Of a stretch of 64,000 bases of DNA, positions 20,559 to 30,528 are shown one piece after another. The stretch is from the NCBI RefSeq assembly GCF_000009045.1, contig NC_000964.3, positions 2,790,001 to 2,854,000 of the forward strand, written 5' to 3'. A program made the position numbers and the translations under genes. The notes under the pieces are model-generated. The model was not told the DNA's origin. It ran no database searches and worked only from the letters and a program-made list of their open reading frames with translations. Within the stretch, counting starts at the first letter, position 1, and every line of letters starts with the position of its first letter. The DNA comes from Bacillus subtilis subsp. subtilis str. 168 (GTDB lineage: Bacteria; Bacillota; Bacilli; Bacillales; Bacillaceae).

Positions 20559-21698
20559 TTATGTCAGCCGTTTGACAACGTCGGCCACATGTTTGGCAGC
20601 AGTTTTCACTTGCTCAGCCGTATTGCCGAGGCCGAAGCTGATTCGAATAGAGGACGTCAGCCGGTCACTCTCTTCGCCGAACATAGCAGTCAGAACATGT
20701 GACGGCAGGACTGAACCGGCCGTGCACGCTGAACCGCTGGAGACAGCGACACCAGCCATATCAAGATTAACCAGCAGCGCTTCCACTGACACACCGGGGA
20801 AATAAAGATTCAGAACATGCGGCAGACTATGCTCTTTGTCCCCGTTGACCTCGAATGCCACACCTGCATCTCTAAGCGTGTCGGCAAAGATTGCTTTAAA
20901 CGATTGATACTTCTCGTTTTTTTCGTCACGTTCTTCACTTGACAGCTTGATCGCTTCTTTCAGCCCGACAATGCCTGGAACATTTTCCGTTCCGGCACGG
21001 CGTTTTCTTTCTTGCTCTCCTCCGAATAAAAGGGGTGAAAGCTTCACATCTTTACTAGCATATAAAAAGCCTGTCCCTTTTGGCCCGTTGAGCTTGTGCC
21101 CGGAAACAGACAGAAGGTCAATATGGCTGTTTTTCACATCAATTGGCAGCAACCCGAATGCCTGAACAGCATCGGTATGAAAATAAGCTTTGTGTTCCTT
21201 TAACAGCTCACCGATTTCTTCGATCGGCTGCACTGTTCCGACTTCATTATTTCCATACATCACTGTCACAAGGATTGTATCATCACGCAGTGCTTCTTTC
21301 ACCTGTTTTGCACTGACTCTTCCATTTTGGTCAACGTCCAGATACGTTATGTCAAATCCGTCTCCCTCAAGTTTTTCACATGTGTGAAGCACGGCGTGAT
21401 GCTCAATTTTTGTTGTGATGATATGTCTGCCAAGATCTTTTCTTGCAAGTGCGGTTCCCATGATCGCCAAGTTATCAGCTTCCGTTCCCCCGCTTGTAAA
21501 AATGATCTCCTGCTCTGCCGCTCCGATTTCTGCTGCGATCTGCGCTCTTGCTTCATCCACCCATTTTCGAGATTCTCTGCCAAATGAATGAATACTGGAG
21601 GGATTACCGAAACTGCCGGAGAAGTGCGGTATCATTTGTTCCAGCACGCGCTCATCCATCGGAGACGTTGCGGCATGATCTAAATAAATCCGTTCCAT
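20559..21698 (-). CDS. yrvO: Cysteine desulfurase YrvO (IscSA)
   Basis: YLDHAATS, SGHKLNGPKG (PLP Lys), SSGSACT (catalytic Cys). Confidence 0.95.
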   Translation of the reverse strand: MERIYLDHAATSPMDERVLEQMIPHFSGSFGNPSSIHSFGRESRKWVDEARAQIAAEIGAAEQEIIFTSGGTEADNLAIMGTALARKDLGRHIITTKIEHHAVLHTCEKLEGDGFDITYLDVDQNGRVSAKQVKEALRDDTILVTVMYGNNEVGTVQPIEEIGELLKEHKAYFHTDAVQAFGLLPIDVKNSHIDLLSVSGHKLNGPKGTGFLYASKDVKLSPLLFGGEQERKRRAGTENVPGIVGLKEAIKLSSEERDEKNEKYQSFKAIFADTLRDAGVAFEVNGDKEHSLPHVLNLYFPGVSVEALLVNLDMAGVAVSSGSACTAGSVLPSHVLTAMFGEESDRLTSSIRISFGLGNTAEQVKTAAKHVADVVKRLT

Positions 21699-21716
21699 TA
21701 TGTTTACACCTCTGAT

Positions 21717-22133
21717 CTAAATATAGAACATATAAGCTTCTTGCTCTCCGTCTGTATAGCTGGCAAGATCCTCTAATGTTGTACTGTCTAAAACCTCTTT
21801 TACAGCATCCCGGATGCGAATCCAGAGCTCACGCTTGGCAGGCTCCTCATCTTCCAGCACTTCAACAGGGCTGATCGGCCCCTCAAGCACACGGATAATA
21901 TCTCCCGCAGTAATGGCATCCGGCTCACTGCCTAATACATATCCGCCATATGCGCCTCTGATGCTTTTCACTAAACCGGCATTTCTGAGCGGCGATACCA
22001 GCTGCTCCAAATAATGCTCGGACAAATTATTCGTCTGTGCGATGCTTTTTAATGAAGTCGGGCCTTCACCGTGCTTTTTTGCAAGCTCGATCATAATGGT
22101 GAGCCCGTATCTTCCCTTAGTTGATATTTTCAA
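21717..22133 (-). CDS. cymR: Rrf2-family cysteine-metabolism repressor
   Basis: KISTKGRYG, YLEQL, RGAYGGY; no Cys residues; TTG 22133 is best spaced from SD GAGGTG. Confidence 0.95.
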   Translation of the reverse strand: MKISTKGRYGLTIMIELAKKHGEGPTSLKSIAQTNNLSEHYLEQLVSPLRNAGLVKSIRGAYGGYVLGSEPDAITAGDIIRVLEGPISPVEVLEDEEPAKRELWIRIRDAVKEVLDSTTLEDLASYTDGEQEAYMFYI

Positions 22134-22224
22134 CATGAACACCTCTGTTATTTCATGATTTTCCACATTTATAATGGTAATTTCTATATGTTTCGTCCGT
22201 TTATTATCTTATAGACCAACTGTT

Positions 22225-22253
22225 ATTATAACATACCTTCAGCGAATTTTCAT
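22225..22253 (-). promoter_or_regulatory. SigA promoter for cymR-yrvO-mnmA
   Basis: ATGAAA-17 nt-TATAAT with extended -10 TGt. Confidence 0.55.
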
Positions 22254-22335
22254 TGAGGCAGAAGGAAAGGGGCCTTTACCCTTTTCTAATGTACGGTTTT
22301 CCGTTACCCTGTAATTAAGTAAGGAGAGATGATAG

Positions 22336-23601
22336 ATGAAGCCATTGGCATATCGGATGCGTCCGACAAAAATAGAGGATATTATCGGCCAGCAGCATCT
22401 GGTGGCTGAAGATAAAATTATTGGCAGAATGGTCCAGGCAAAACATTTGTCATCCATGATTTTGTACGGGCCGCCCGGAATTGGAAAAACATCAATCGCA
22501 ACAGCAATCGCCGGTTCAACAAGTATTGCTTTTCGAAAGCTGAATGCTGTCATTAACAATAAAAAAGATATGGAAATCGTAGCTCAGGAAGCCAAGATGT
22601 CCGGCCAAGTGATTTTGATTCTGGATGAAGTCCACAGGCTGGATAAAGGAAAACAGGATTTTCTATTACCCTATTTAGAAAACGGAATGATCATTTTGAT
22701 CGGAGCAACGACGGCTAACCCGTATCATGCCATTAATCCGGCGATCAGAAGCCGGACCCAGATTTTTGAGCTTGAACCGTTAACACCTGAACTGATTAAA
22801 CAGGCACTGGAACGTGCGCTCCATGATGAGCATCGGGGCCTTGGCACCTATTCTGTATCCATTGATGATCAGGCGATGGAGCATTTTGCCCACGGATGCG
22901 GAGGAGATGTCCGCTCCGCTTTAAATGCGCTTGAGCTTGCCGTGTTGTCAACGAAGGAGTCAGCAGACGGTGAAATTCACATTACATTAGAAACCGCGGA
23001 AGAATGCTTGCAGAAAAAAAGCTTTTCTCACGATAAAGATGGTGACGCGCATTATGATGTACTGTCCGCTTTTCAAAAATCAATCCGCGGCTCTGATGCC
23101 AACGCTGCTCTTCACTATTTGGCTAGATTAATTGAAGCCGGTGATCTGGAGAGCATCGCAAGACGATTGCTTGTTATCGCCTATGAGGATATCGGTTTAG
23201 CAAGCCCGCAAGCCGGCCCTAGAGTGCTGAACGCTATTCAGACCGCTGAGCGAGTCGGGTTTCCTGAAGCGCGAATCCCGCTGGCCAACGCAGTTATTGA
23301 GCTTTGCCTCTCACCGAAATCAAACTCTGCCATTCTGGCAATCGATGAGGCCCTGGCAGATATCAGAGCCGGAAAAATTGGGGATGTCCCGAAGCATTTA
23401 AAAGACGCGCATTATAAAGGAGCTCAGGAATTAGGAAGAGGAATCGACTATAAATACCCGCACAATTACGACAACGGTTGGGTCGAACAACAATACCTCC
23501 CTGATCCTCTGAAAAATAAGCAATACTATAAGCCGAAACAGACTGGAAAGTTCGAATCTGCCTTAAAGCAGGTGTACGATAAATTAATGAAAAGAAAATA
23601 A
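22336..23601 (+). CDS. rarA: Replication-associated recombination AAA+ ATPase RarA/MgsA (YrvN)
   Basis: GPPGIGKT, DEVH, GATTANP, SAFQKSIRGSD, EDIGLA. Confidence 0.95.
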   Translation: MKPLAYRMRPTKIEDIIGQQHLVAEDKIIGRMVQAKHLSSMILYGPPGIGKTSIATAIAGSTSIAFRKLNAVINNKKDMEIVAQEAKMSGQVILILDEVHRLDKGKQDFLLPYLENGMIILIGATTANPYHAINPAIRSRTQIFELEPLTPELIKQALERALHDEHRGLGTYSVSIDDQAMEHFAHGCGGDVRSALNALELAVLSTKESADGEIHITLETAEECLQKKSFSHDKDGDAHYDVLSAFQKSIRGSDANAALHYLARLIEAGDLESIARRLLVIAYEDIGLASPQAGPRVLNAIQTAERVGFPEARIPLANAVIELCLSPKSNSAILAIDEALADIRAGKIGDVPKHLKDAHYKGAQELGRGIDYKYPHNYDNGWVEQQYLPDPLKNKQYYKPKQTGKFESALKQVYDKLMKRK

Positions 23602-23606
23602 AACAA

Positions 23607-23637
23607 AAAAACAGCCTTGATCATCAAGGCTGTTTTT
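23607..23637. terminator. Bidirectional terminator rarA/tcdA
   Basis: 14-bp stem AAAAACAGCCTTGA/TCAAGGCTGTTTTT. Confidence 0.88.
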
Positions 23638-23642
23638 ATGCA

Positions 23643-24407
23643 TTATTTATCCTTCACACGTTTGATTTCAATGTCTTTCAAAAGATCCATGACAACATGT
23701 CCGCCCATAATCAAACCTGCAACTGACGGCACAAAAGCATTAGAGGAAGGCGGCATTTTTGCTTTACGTATTTTCGCTTCGTCATTCCCCACTTCTTTTC
23801 TGACATCTTCCCGAATAACAATCGGGCTTTCATCAGAGAAAATCACTTGAACGCCTTTTTTGATACCCTCCTTGCGTAATTTCGTACGAACGACCTTCGC
23901 AATTGGATCAGTGTGCGTTTTTGAGATATCAGCGATTTGGAAGCGTGTCGGATCCGTTTTATTTGCAGCACCCATGCTGGAGATGAGCGGAATATCCCGT
24001 TTTAGACATTCTTTCATTAAATGAATTTTATAACAAATGGTGTCTGACGCATCAATGACATAGTCAAGACCATAGTCAAAAAACTGCTCATACGTTTCCT
24101 CCGTATAGAACATTTTTAACGCGATCACTTCACACTCCGGGTTAATGTCTGCGATCCGCGCCTTCATTAAATCAACTTTCGGCTGTCCGACAGTTGAAAG
24201 CAGCGCGTGAAGCTGACGATTTACATTTGTAATGTCGACATCATCTTTGTCGACAAGCAGAATGCGGCCGACGCCTGACCGCGCGAGAGCTTCCGCCGCG
24301 AACGACCCGACTCCCCCGACTCCAAGCACAGCAACTGTGCTGTTTTTCAGCGTTTCAAGGCCTTCTTTTCCGATAGCTAATTCATTGCGTGAAAACTGGT
24401 GTAACAA
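23643..24407 (-). CDS. tcdA: tRNA threonylcarbamoyladenosine dehydratase (ThiF/E1-like; YrvM)
   Basis: GVGGVGS, DVDITNVNRQ, SMGAANKTDP; TTG 24407 with SD GGAGTGAGG. Confidence 0.9.
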   Translation of the reverse strand: MLHQFSRNELAIGKEGLETLKNSTVAVLGVGGVGSFAAEALARSGVGRILLVDKDDVDITNVNRQLHALLSTVGQPKVDLMKARIADINPECEVIALKMFYTEETYEQFFDYGLDYVIDASDTICYKIHLMKECLKRDIPLISSMGAANKTDPTRFQIADISKTHTDPIAKVVRTKLRKEGIKKGVQVIFSDESPIVIREDVRKEVGNDEAKIRKAKMPPSSNAFVPSVAGLIMGGHVVMDLLKDIEIKRVKDK

Positions 24408-24490
24408 GAACCTCACTCCACATTCGTATTCTGGTTTCATCTATAAAATGGCTGATCCATGAGCAGCCGTTTTTTCTGCGCACAAAAAAT

Positions 24491-24690
24491 AAAGTCCCAA
24501 TAGTGCCGTTGCAGCTTTCCTTTGTTTTGAACCCGCTCTCAGCAGGTGGGTGCCCTCTTTTAAATCTTGTAAGTCCTCTTTACCGAATGAAAAGAGGCAT
24601 GTACGCCATTTAAAAATGCGGGCTCCCAAATCAAAAAAATGTTCGGTCAAAACTAGGTGTACAACTAACACATCAGGACTTTATTTAACT
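24491..24690 (-). ncRNA. bsrA: 6S-1 RNA
   Basis: Ends pair (AAAGTCC.../...GGGACTTT) followed by a U-rich tail; template for the pRNA GUUCGGUCAAAACU at 24641-24654; position between aspS and yrvM as known for B. subtilis 6S-1. Confidence 0.92.
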
Positions 24691-24697
24691 TGTCAAA

Positions 24698-24726
24698 ATC
24701 ATATCACAGACGATTTTGATTTTCAA
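24698..24726 (-). promoter_or_regulatory. SigA promoter of 6S-1 RNA
   Basis: TTGAAA-17 nt-TATGAT with extended -10 TGa. Confidence 0.75.
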
Positions 24727-24742
24727 GAATCGAACTGCAAAT

Positions 24743-26521
24743 TCAGTTCTTAACTTTTTTCTTGATAGAAAGATGAAGCTCGTCAAGCTGGGCGTCGCTT
24801 ACTTCGCCTGGCGCTTCTGTCATCAGGCAGCTTGCACTTGCCGTTTTCGGGAATGCAATCGTATCTCTCAGGTTCGTACGTCCAGCGAGAAGCATAACGA
24901 GACGGTCTAAGCCGAGTGCGATTCCGCCGTGCGGAGGAGCGCCGTATTCAAATGCTTCCAGCAGGAATCCGAACTGTTCAGCCGCTTCTTCTGGTGAGAA
25001 GCCGAGAAGCGCAAACATTTTTTCCTGAATATCCTTTTCGAAAATACGGATTGAACCGCCGCCAAGCTCATAGCCGTTTAAGACGAGGTCATAAGCTTGC
25101 GCTTTCATGTCTTCAGGCGCTGTTTCAATCAGCTCAAGGTCTTCTCGGACAGGCATTGTGAACGGATGGTGCGCTGCGTAAAAACGGCCTTCTTCCGGAT
25201 CATGCTCTAATAGCGGCCAGTCGATGACCCATAAGAAATTGAACAATTTTTCGTCAATCAGTCCGCGTTCTTTCCCAAGCTTTAAGCGCAGGGCGCCGAG
25301 TGATGCGGCCACAACTTCGAATTGATCCGCTCCGAACAGCAGCAAATCACCTTCAGCAGCATCAAGTGCTTCAATCAGCTTAGACTGCTTTTCTTCATCA
25401 AAGAATTTAGCGATCGGGCCTTTCACTCCGTCTGCCTCAACCTTCACCCAGGCAAGCCCTTTTGCCCCGTAGTTTGCAGCAAAAGCGCCAAGAGCGTCGA
25501 TGTCTTTTCTGGAGTAATCGCCGGCACCGCCTTTTACATTGATGGCTTTGACCACGCCGCCGTTTGCTACAGCTGATGAGAACACTTTAAATTCCGTATC
25601 CTTTACAATGTCAGACACATCCGTCAAAAGCATGTCAAAACGCGTATCCGGTTTATCAGACCCGTACTTGTTCATTGCTTCGTCATACGTCATTCGAGGA
25701 AGAGGAAGCTGAAGTTCCTCACCTTTTGTTTCACGCATAACCTTTGCCATCATCTCCTCAGCCAATGACATAATGTCTTCCTGGCTCATAAAGGACATTT
25801 CAATATCAATTTGCGTAAACTCAGGCTGACGGTCCGCACGCAAGTCTTCATCGCGGAAACAGCGGGCAATTTGATAATATCGTTCAATGCCTGATACCAT
25901 CAGAAGCTGTTTAAATAGCTGCGGAGACTGCGGCAGCGCGTAGAACTCACCTTCGTGCACACGGCTCGGCACCAAGTAGTCACGTGCGCCTTCAGGCGTG
26001 CTTCCTGTTAAAATCGGCGTTTCAATATCAAGAAACCCATTTTCATCTAAAAAGCTGCGAACAGCTTTCGTCACGTTATGGCGCAGCTGCATCGTCTGGA
26101 ACATAGCCGGTCTGCGCAAATCTAAGTAACGGTGTTTTAAACGAACGTCCTCTGACACTTCTTCAGCTTGATCAGAAATCGCAAATGGAGGTGTCTTTGC
26201 AGCATTTAATACGTTCACTCCATCAGCATGTATTTCGATCGCGCCTGTTTTCAAATTCGGATTAACTGTTCCCTCTTCACGCGCCACCACTTTTCCTTGA
26301 ATATCAAGCACGTATTCATTTCTGATGCCTTCCGCAATAGCAAGCGCTTCTTTTGACACATCAGGGTTAAAAACGACTTGAACAATGCCCGTACGGTCAC
26401 GCAAGTCAATAAAAATCAATCCGCCGAGGTCTCGTCTTTTTTGGACCCAGCCTTTCAGCGTTACAGATTCGCCAATTGCTTTTTCAGTTATATCACCGCA
26501 ATAATATGTTCTTCCAAACAA
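24743..26521 (-). CDS. aspS: Aspartyl-tRNA synthetase
   Basis: RRDLGG OB-fold, [26 protein letters not shown]; TTG start. Confidence 0.99.
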   Translation of the reverse strand: MFGRTYYCGDITEKAIGESVTLKGWVQKRRDLGGLIFIDLRDRTGIVQVVFNPDVSKEALAIAEGIRNEYVLDIQGKVVAREEGTVNPNLKTGAIEIHADGVNVLNAAKTPPFAISDQAEEVSEDVRLKHRYLDLRRPAMFQTMQLRHNVTKAVRSFLDENGFLDIETPILTGSTPEGARDYLVPSRVHEGEFYALPQSPQLFKQLLMVSGIERYYQIARCFRDEDLRADRQPEFTQIDIEMSFMSQEDIMSLAEEMMAKVMRETKGEELQLPLPRMTYDEAMNKYGSDKPDTRFDMLLTDVSDIVKDTEFKVFSSAVANGGVVKAINVKGGAGDYSRKDIDALGAFAANYGAKGLAWVKVEADGVKGPIAKFFDEEKQSKLIEALDAAEGDLLLFGADQFEVVAASLGALRLKLGKERGLIDEKLFNFLWVIDWPLLEHDPEEGRFYAAHHPFTMPVREDLELIETAPEDMKAQAYDLVLNGYELGGGSIRIFEKDIQEKMFALLGFSPEEAAEQFGFLLEAFEYGAPPHGGIALGLDRLVMLLAGRTNLRDTIAFPKTASASCLMTEAPGEVSDAQLDELHLSIKKKVKN

Positions 26522-26534
26522 TGCGTTTCACTCC

Positions 26535-27809
26535 TTATCCCTTTTGGTTTGCCTTCATCACATGTATAAATTCATCAAGTGCCACTTCAATCTGTTCGCC
26601 CGTCTGTGCATCCTTTACATTGATTTTGTTTTGGGCAAGCTCATCTTCACCCAAAATCGCAATAAATCTGGCCTTTAAGCGATCAGCTGTTTTAAACTGG
26701 CCTTTCATTTTCTTATTTTCATAATCGATTTCACTGGAAATGCCTGCTTCTCTCAGTTTGTACACCAATGAAACAGAATAATCCTTTGCTTTTTCGCCGA
26801 GTGTGACGATATAGCAGTCGATTCCCTTATCAACAGGCAGCTCTCTTTTTTCAGCATCAATTGCGGCAAGCAAGCGTTCGATGCTCATCGCAAATCCGAT
26901 GCCCGGTGCTTCAGGTCCGCCGATCTGTTCGACAAGCCCGTCGTAGCGTCCGCCGCCGGCAAGTGTCGTAATCGCGCCAAAGCCCTCCGCATTGCTCATA
27001 ATTTCAAATGCGGTGTGGTTGTAATAATCCAGCCCTCTCACAAGGTTCGGATCGATTTCATACGAAATGCCAAGATCATTTAAGTATTGTTTCACTTTTT
27101 CAAAATAAGCGGCTGATTCTTCATTTAAATATGTCAAAATCGAAGGTGCCGATTTCATCAGCTCATGATCACGGTCTTTTTTGCAGTCCAAAATTCTAAG
27201 CGGGTTCGTGTGCAGCCGGGACTGGCAGTCTGAACAAAATTCTTCGATGCGAGGCTCGAAGTGTTTCACGAGCGCTTCTCTGTAGCTTTTGCGGCTATCT
27301 TGATCGCCGAGACTGTTTATGACAAGCTTAACGTTTTCTAAACCTGCTTTTTCATAAATACTCATCGCAAGCGCCATTACTTCAGCGTCGATTGCAGGGT
27401 CTTTCGAACCAATCGCTTCAATTCCAAACTGATAAAACTGGCGGTAACGGCCCGTCTGAGGACGTTCATAACGGAACATCGGCCCGACATAATAAAGCTT
27501 TGTCGGCTGTACAGGATTTGCGAACAGCTTGTTTTCATTAAAAGCGCGAACCGCAGCAGCTGTTCCCTCCGGACGAAGCGTCAGGCTTCTGCCTTTGCGG
27601 TCCTCGAAGGTATACATTTCTTTTTGTACGATATCCGTTGATTCTCCGACGCCTCTGGCAAACAGTTCTGTATGCTCAAAAATCGGTGTGCGGATTTCTT
27701 TATATTGATAAGTGCGGCAAGTGTCTCTCATAATTTGTTCAACAAACTGCCAGCGATCTGATTCTCCAGGCAGAATATCCTGTGTTCCTCTCGGAATGTT
27801 ATATCCCAT
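26535..27809 (-). CDS. hisS: Histidyl-tRNA synthetase
   Basis: LRPEGT, FRYERPQ, RGLDYY, GGGRYD. Confidence 0.99.
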   Translation of the reverse strand: MGYNIPRGTQDILPGESDRWQFVEQIMRDTCRTYQYKEIRTPIFEHTELFARGVGESTDIVQKEMYTFEDRKGRSLTLRPEGTAAAVRAFNENKLFANPVQPTKLYYVGPMFRYERPQTGRYRQFYQFGIEAIGSKDPAIDAEVMALAMSIYEKAGLENVKLVINSLGDQDSRKSYREALVKHFEPRIEEFCSDCQSRLHTNPLRILDCKKDRDHELMKSAPSILTYLNEESAAYFEKVKQYLNDLGISYEIDPNLVRGLDYYNHTAFEIMSNAEGFGAITTLAGGGRYDGLVEQIGGPEAPGIGFAMSIERLLAAIDAEKRELPVDKGIDCYIVTLGEKAKDYSVSLVYKLREAGISSEIDYENKKMKGQFKTADRLKARFIAILGEDELAQNKINVKDAQTGEQIEVALDEFIHVMKANQKG

Positions 27810-27865
27810 AGGTAGACCTCCTTATGTATTCCTTATAAAATATCCAATGATCGTTAATGATGAAA

Positions 27866-28150
27866 ATGAAAAAAACTCCCGCCCCTACTATACATGATAG
27901 TAGGGACGAGAGTTATACCCGTGGTGCCACCCTAGTTGGAATACGTTCATATTCCCGCTCGATCCTTTAACGCAGGTTCACGTTCACTGCCTAATGGCGT
28001 TATTCACGCGTTCAGCAGGAAACCTCCGGAGTGTTGTTTCGAGAAAGACGCAATGGGATCCGCTTTCAGCCTGGGGCGGGTTCCTCTCTAATCATGCAAT
28101 CTGACCTACTCTTCTCCATTATTGGTTCAAATCTTTCATCATTTGCTATG
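27866..28150 (-). ncRNA. T-box riboswitch of hisS-aspS
   Basis: T-box AGGGTGGCACCACG (27920-27933); terminator CCCTACTAT/ATAGTAGGG plus U-tract; AGTA/GAA loop-E, AGAGA and GCTGAAA motifs. Confidence 0.95.
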
Positions 28151-28165
28151 TACTCAATTTCTATT

Positions 28166-28194
28166 ATAATAATGGGATTGGGGTTCTCTGTCAA
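28166..28194 (-). promoter_or_regulatory. SigA promoter for hisS-aspS
   Basis: TTGACA-17 nt-TATTAT; the -35 overlaps the yrzK TGA stop. Confidence 0.8.
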
Positions 28195-28361
28195 GCTTTA
28201 TTCCGGTTGTTTTTCCTCAGCGCTGCTTCTTTGGACATAAGACCAAATTCAGATGCTGTTTCCGTAAGATAACCAGTCGTATCGGGATCTGCGTGATCGC
28301 TGTAATGCAGATTCGCTTCACCGTCGTGAAATGCACGTCCCATTTTTGGATGATATTTCAT
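28191..28361 (-). CDS. yrzK: 56-aa hypothetical protein (missing from the ORF track)
   Basis: SD AAAGGTG; [56 protein letters not shown]. Confidence 0.6.
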
Positions 28362-28493
28362 GATTTGCACACCTTTTTGATTGTATTTACGCTTAGTATA
28401 AACAAATCATTTTATTTTTATTTAAAAATCAGAAAGGACTTTACGATATTAAACAAGAATGCTTTTTTAATGATCATCAGAAAGGAGGACACA

Positions 28494-30050
28494 ATGAACA
28501 AGAAATACTTTGTCCTTATTGTATGTATTATTTTCACCTCAGCGCTATTCCCGACCTTTTCATCCGTTACAGCTGCTCAAGGAGAAGCGGTCATCGCAAC
28601 AGATGAAATGAACGTCAGAAGCGGCCCAGGGCTTAGCTACGGCATTACAGCGGAAGTAAAAAAGGGAGAACGCTATCCAATTTTAAAGGAAGATGGAGAC
28701 TGGGTGCAGATACAGCTTGGTTCTGGAGAAAAGGGCTGGGTAGTCTCCTGGCTTATTACAAAGGAAGACCAGGCCAGCACAAGCTCCTCAGGAAGCAGTG
28801 ACACTGTGACATCAACAGACCCCGATCTGCGGATGAGAAGCGGCCCGGGCACTTCCTACGAAGTCATCGGCAAATTCCCGCAAGGCAGCCAAGCATCTGT
28901 CATTGATAAAGATTCGGGCTGGATCAAGATATCCTATCACAGTGCCACCGGATGGGTATCATCTGAATATGTCACATCAGGAGGCAGCAGTTCAGCGTCT
29001 GATGAGAGTGACCAAACCGAGGATTCCGGTGCGTCAACGACGGGCACAGTCGGTGTTTCTTCGCTAAATGTAAGAGCCTCCGCCTCACATGACGCGGCAA
29101 TTATAACAAAACTTGATCGCGGAACGAAACTGACGGTTCTCAACGAGAAAAATGGCTGGGCTCACATTGAGGTGAACGGGCTAAAAGGCTGGGTTGCAAG
29201 CCATTACCTTTTGACTAGTTCTGTTCCAGCTGATGATTCAGCAAATGCCGGCAGTTCATCCTCCGCTAAAAAAGCCTATATCATGTACGGAGGAACGAAT
29301 CTAAGAAGTGATGCGTCAACATCAGCTTCGATCGTTGAGCGCGCTGCCAAAGGAGATTCATACACCATTACCGGTTCAAAGGGAAGCTGGTATGAAATAA
29401 AGCTTGATAACGGGCAGACTGCTTATGTAGCCAATTGGGTGGTCCAAACGTCTAAAAGCGCAGAAGAAGCAGGTGAACCGCCAGTCTCTGATTCCCCGTC
29501 TGGAAACGGCTCTCTAAACAATAAAACGATTATTGTTGACCCGGGACATGGAGGAAAAGACAGCGGAACGATCGGGTATTCGGGGAAATTCGAGAAAAAC
29601 CTGACGATCAAAACGGCAAAACTGCTCGCCAGCAAACTTAGATCGGCTGGAGCGGATGTATATGTGACACGCCAGGATGATACCTTTGTCAGCCTGCAGT
29701 CACGGGTCTCTACCTCTCACTACCGTAACGCTGACGCCTTTATCAGCATTCATTATGACAGCTATGCGGATACCTCTACAAGAGGCAGTACAGCATATTA
29801 CTACAGTCCTGCCAAAGATCAGGAACTCGCATCAGATGTCCACTCAGAAGTGGTGAAGCGTTCTTCCATTCCAGACCGCGGCGTATTATTCGGAGATTAT
29901 TATGTGCTCCGGGAAAACAGACAGCCCGCTATGCTGTACGAGCTGGGATATGTAAGCCATCCGCAGGAAGAAGCCATTGTACATAGCAATTCATACCAAG
30001 AAAAAGTAACAGATGGGATCGAAAGCGGATTAGAGAAATACTTCCAATAA
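28494..30050 (+). CDS. yrvJ: N-acetylmuramoyl-L-alanine amidase: signal peptide, four SH3b domains, Amidase_3
   Basis: Four NVRSGP-like...GWV repeats; DPGHGG, EK, SIHY, YELG Zn/catalytic residues; ATG 28494 with SD AAAGGAGG. Confidence 0.92.
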   Translation: MNKKYFVLIVCIIFTSALFPTFSSVTAAQGEAVIATDEMNVRSGPGLSYGITAEVKKGERYPILKEDGDWVQIQLGSGEKGWVVSWLITKEDQASTSSSGSSDTVTSTDPDLRMRSGPGTSYEVIGKFPQGSQASVIDKDSGWIKISYHSATGWVSSEYVTSGGSSSASDESDQTEDSGASTTGTVGVSSLNVRASASHDAAIITKLDRGTKLTVLNEKNGWAHIEVNGLKGWVASHYLLTSSVPADDSANAGSSSSAKKAYIMYGGTNLRSDASTSASIVERAAKGDSYTITGSKGSWYEIKLDNGQTAYVANWVVQTSKSAEEAGEPPVSDSPSGNGSLNNKTIIVDPGHGGKDSGTIGYSGKFEKNLTIKTAKLLASKLRSAGADVYVTRQDDTFVSLQSRVSTSHYRNADAFISIHYDSYADTSTRGSTAYYYSPAKDQELASDVHSEVVKRSSIPDRGVLFGDYYVLRENRQPAMLYELGYVSHPQEEAIVHSNSYQEKVTDGIESGLEKYFQ

Positions 30051-30078
30051 AAAAAGCTGCCTTTTGGCAGCTTTTTTT
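30049..30078. terminator. Bidirectional terminator yrvJ/dtd
   Basis: AAAAAAAGCTGCC-tttt-GGCAGCTTTTTTT. Confidence 0.9.
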
Positions 30079-30517
30079 ATTTTGAATCCATAATGAGCGT
30101 GACCGGTCCGGAGTTTGTAAGCTGAACATCCATCATTGCTCCAAACGTTCCGGTCTCCACTTTGATTCCTTTTTCACGAAGCAGGTCATTCCATTTTTCA
30201 TAAAGACCTAAAGCTTTATCAGGTTTGGCCGCGTTCATGTAGTTCGGCCGGCGCCCTTTTTTCGTATCTCCATAAAGCGTAAACTGTGAGACGGATAAAA
30301 TCTCTCCTCCTATATCTACAAGAGACAGATTCATTTTCCCTTCACTGTCATCGAAAATACGGAGATTGACAACTTTATCGGCTAAATAAGCTGCATCATC
30401 TTCTGTATCATCGTGAGTGATGCCGACCAGCACCATAAGGCCTTGTCCAATTTGGCCGACGACCTCTTCGTCCACTGTAACGCTTGCTTCTGTTACTCGC
30501 TGAACAACTAATCTCTT
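30077..30517 (-). pseudogene. dtd: D-aminoacyl-tRNA deacylase with start codon mutated ATG>AAG
   Basis: SD AAAGGGG, 6 nt, then AAG-AGA-TTA-GTT-GTT-CAG-CGA-GTA (xRLVVQRV, the conserved DTD N-terminus); SQFTL and GPVT motifs intact. Confidence 0.9.
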
Positions 30518-30528
30518 TTCTAACCCCT

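Noticed and set aside
24441-24671. 76-aa ORF over the 6S RNA
   Set aside because: Lies within a well-supported structured RNA and has no SD.
28191-28361. yrzK as a His-rich attenuator peptide for hisS
   Set aside because: It ends at the hisS -35, upstream of the transcription start, and the His codons are not consecutive.
28293-28493. 67-codon N-terminal extension of yrvJ in the ORF track
   Set aside because: ATG 28494 has a perfect SD and starts a signal peptide; the extension overlaps yrzK. ORF-track extensions of glnQ, tcdA, spoVB, yrbG, yrbC, nadA, nadC, niaR and thrR were trimmed on the same SD logic.
28580-29450. SH3b repeats of yrvJ (and TPR repeats of yrrB) as DNA repeats or a CRISPR-like array
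   Set aside because: Similarity is at protein level only; there are no identical spaced nucleotide repeats.
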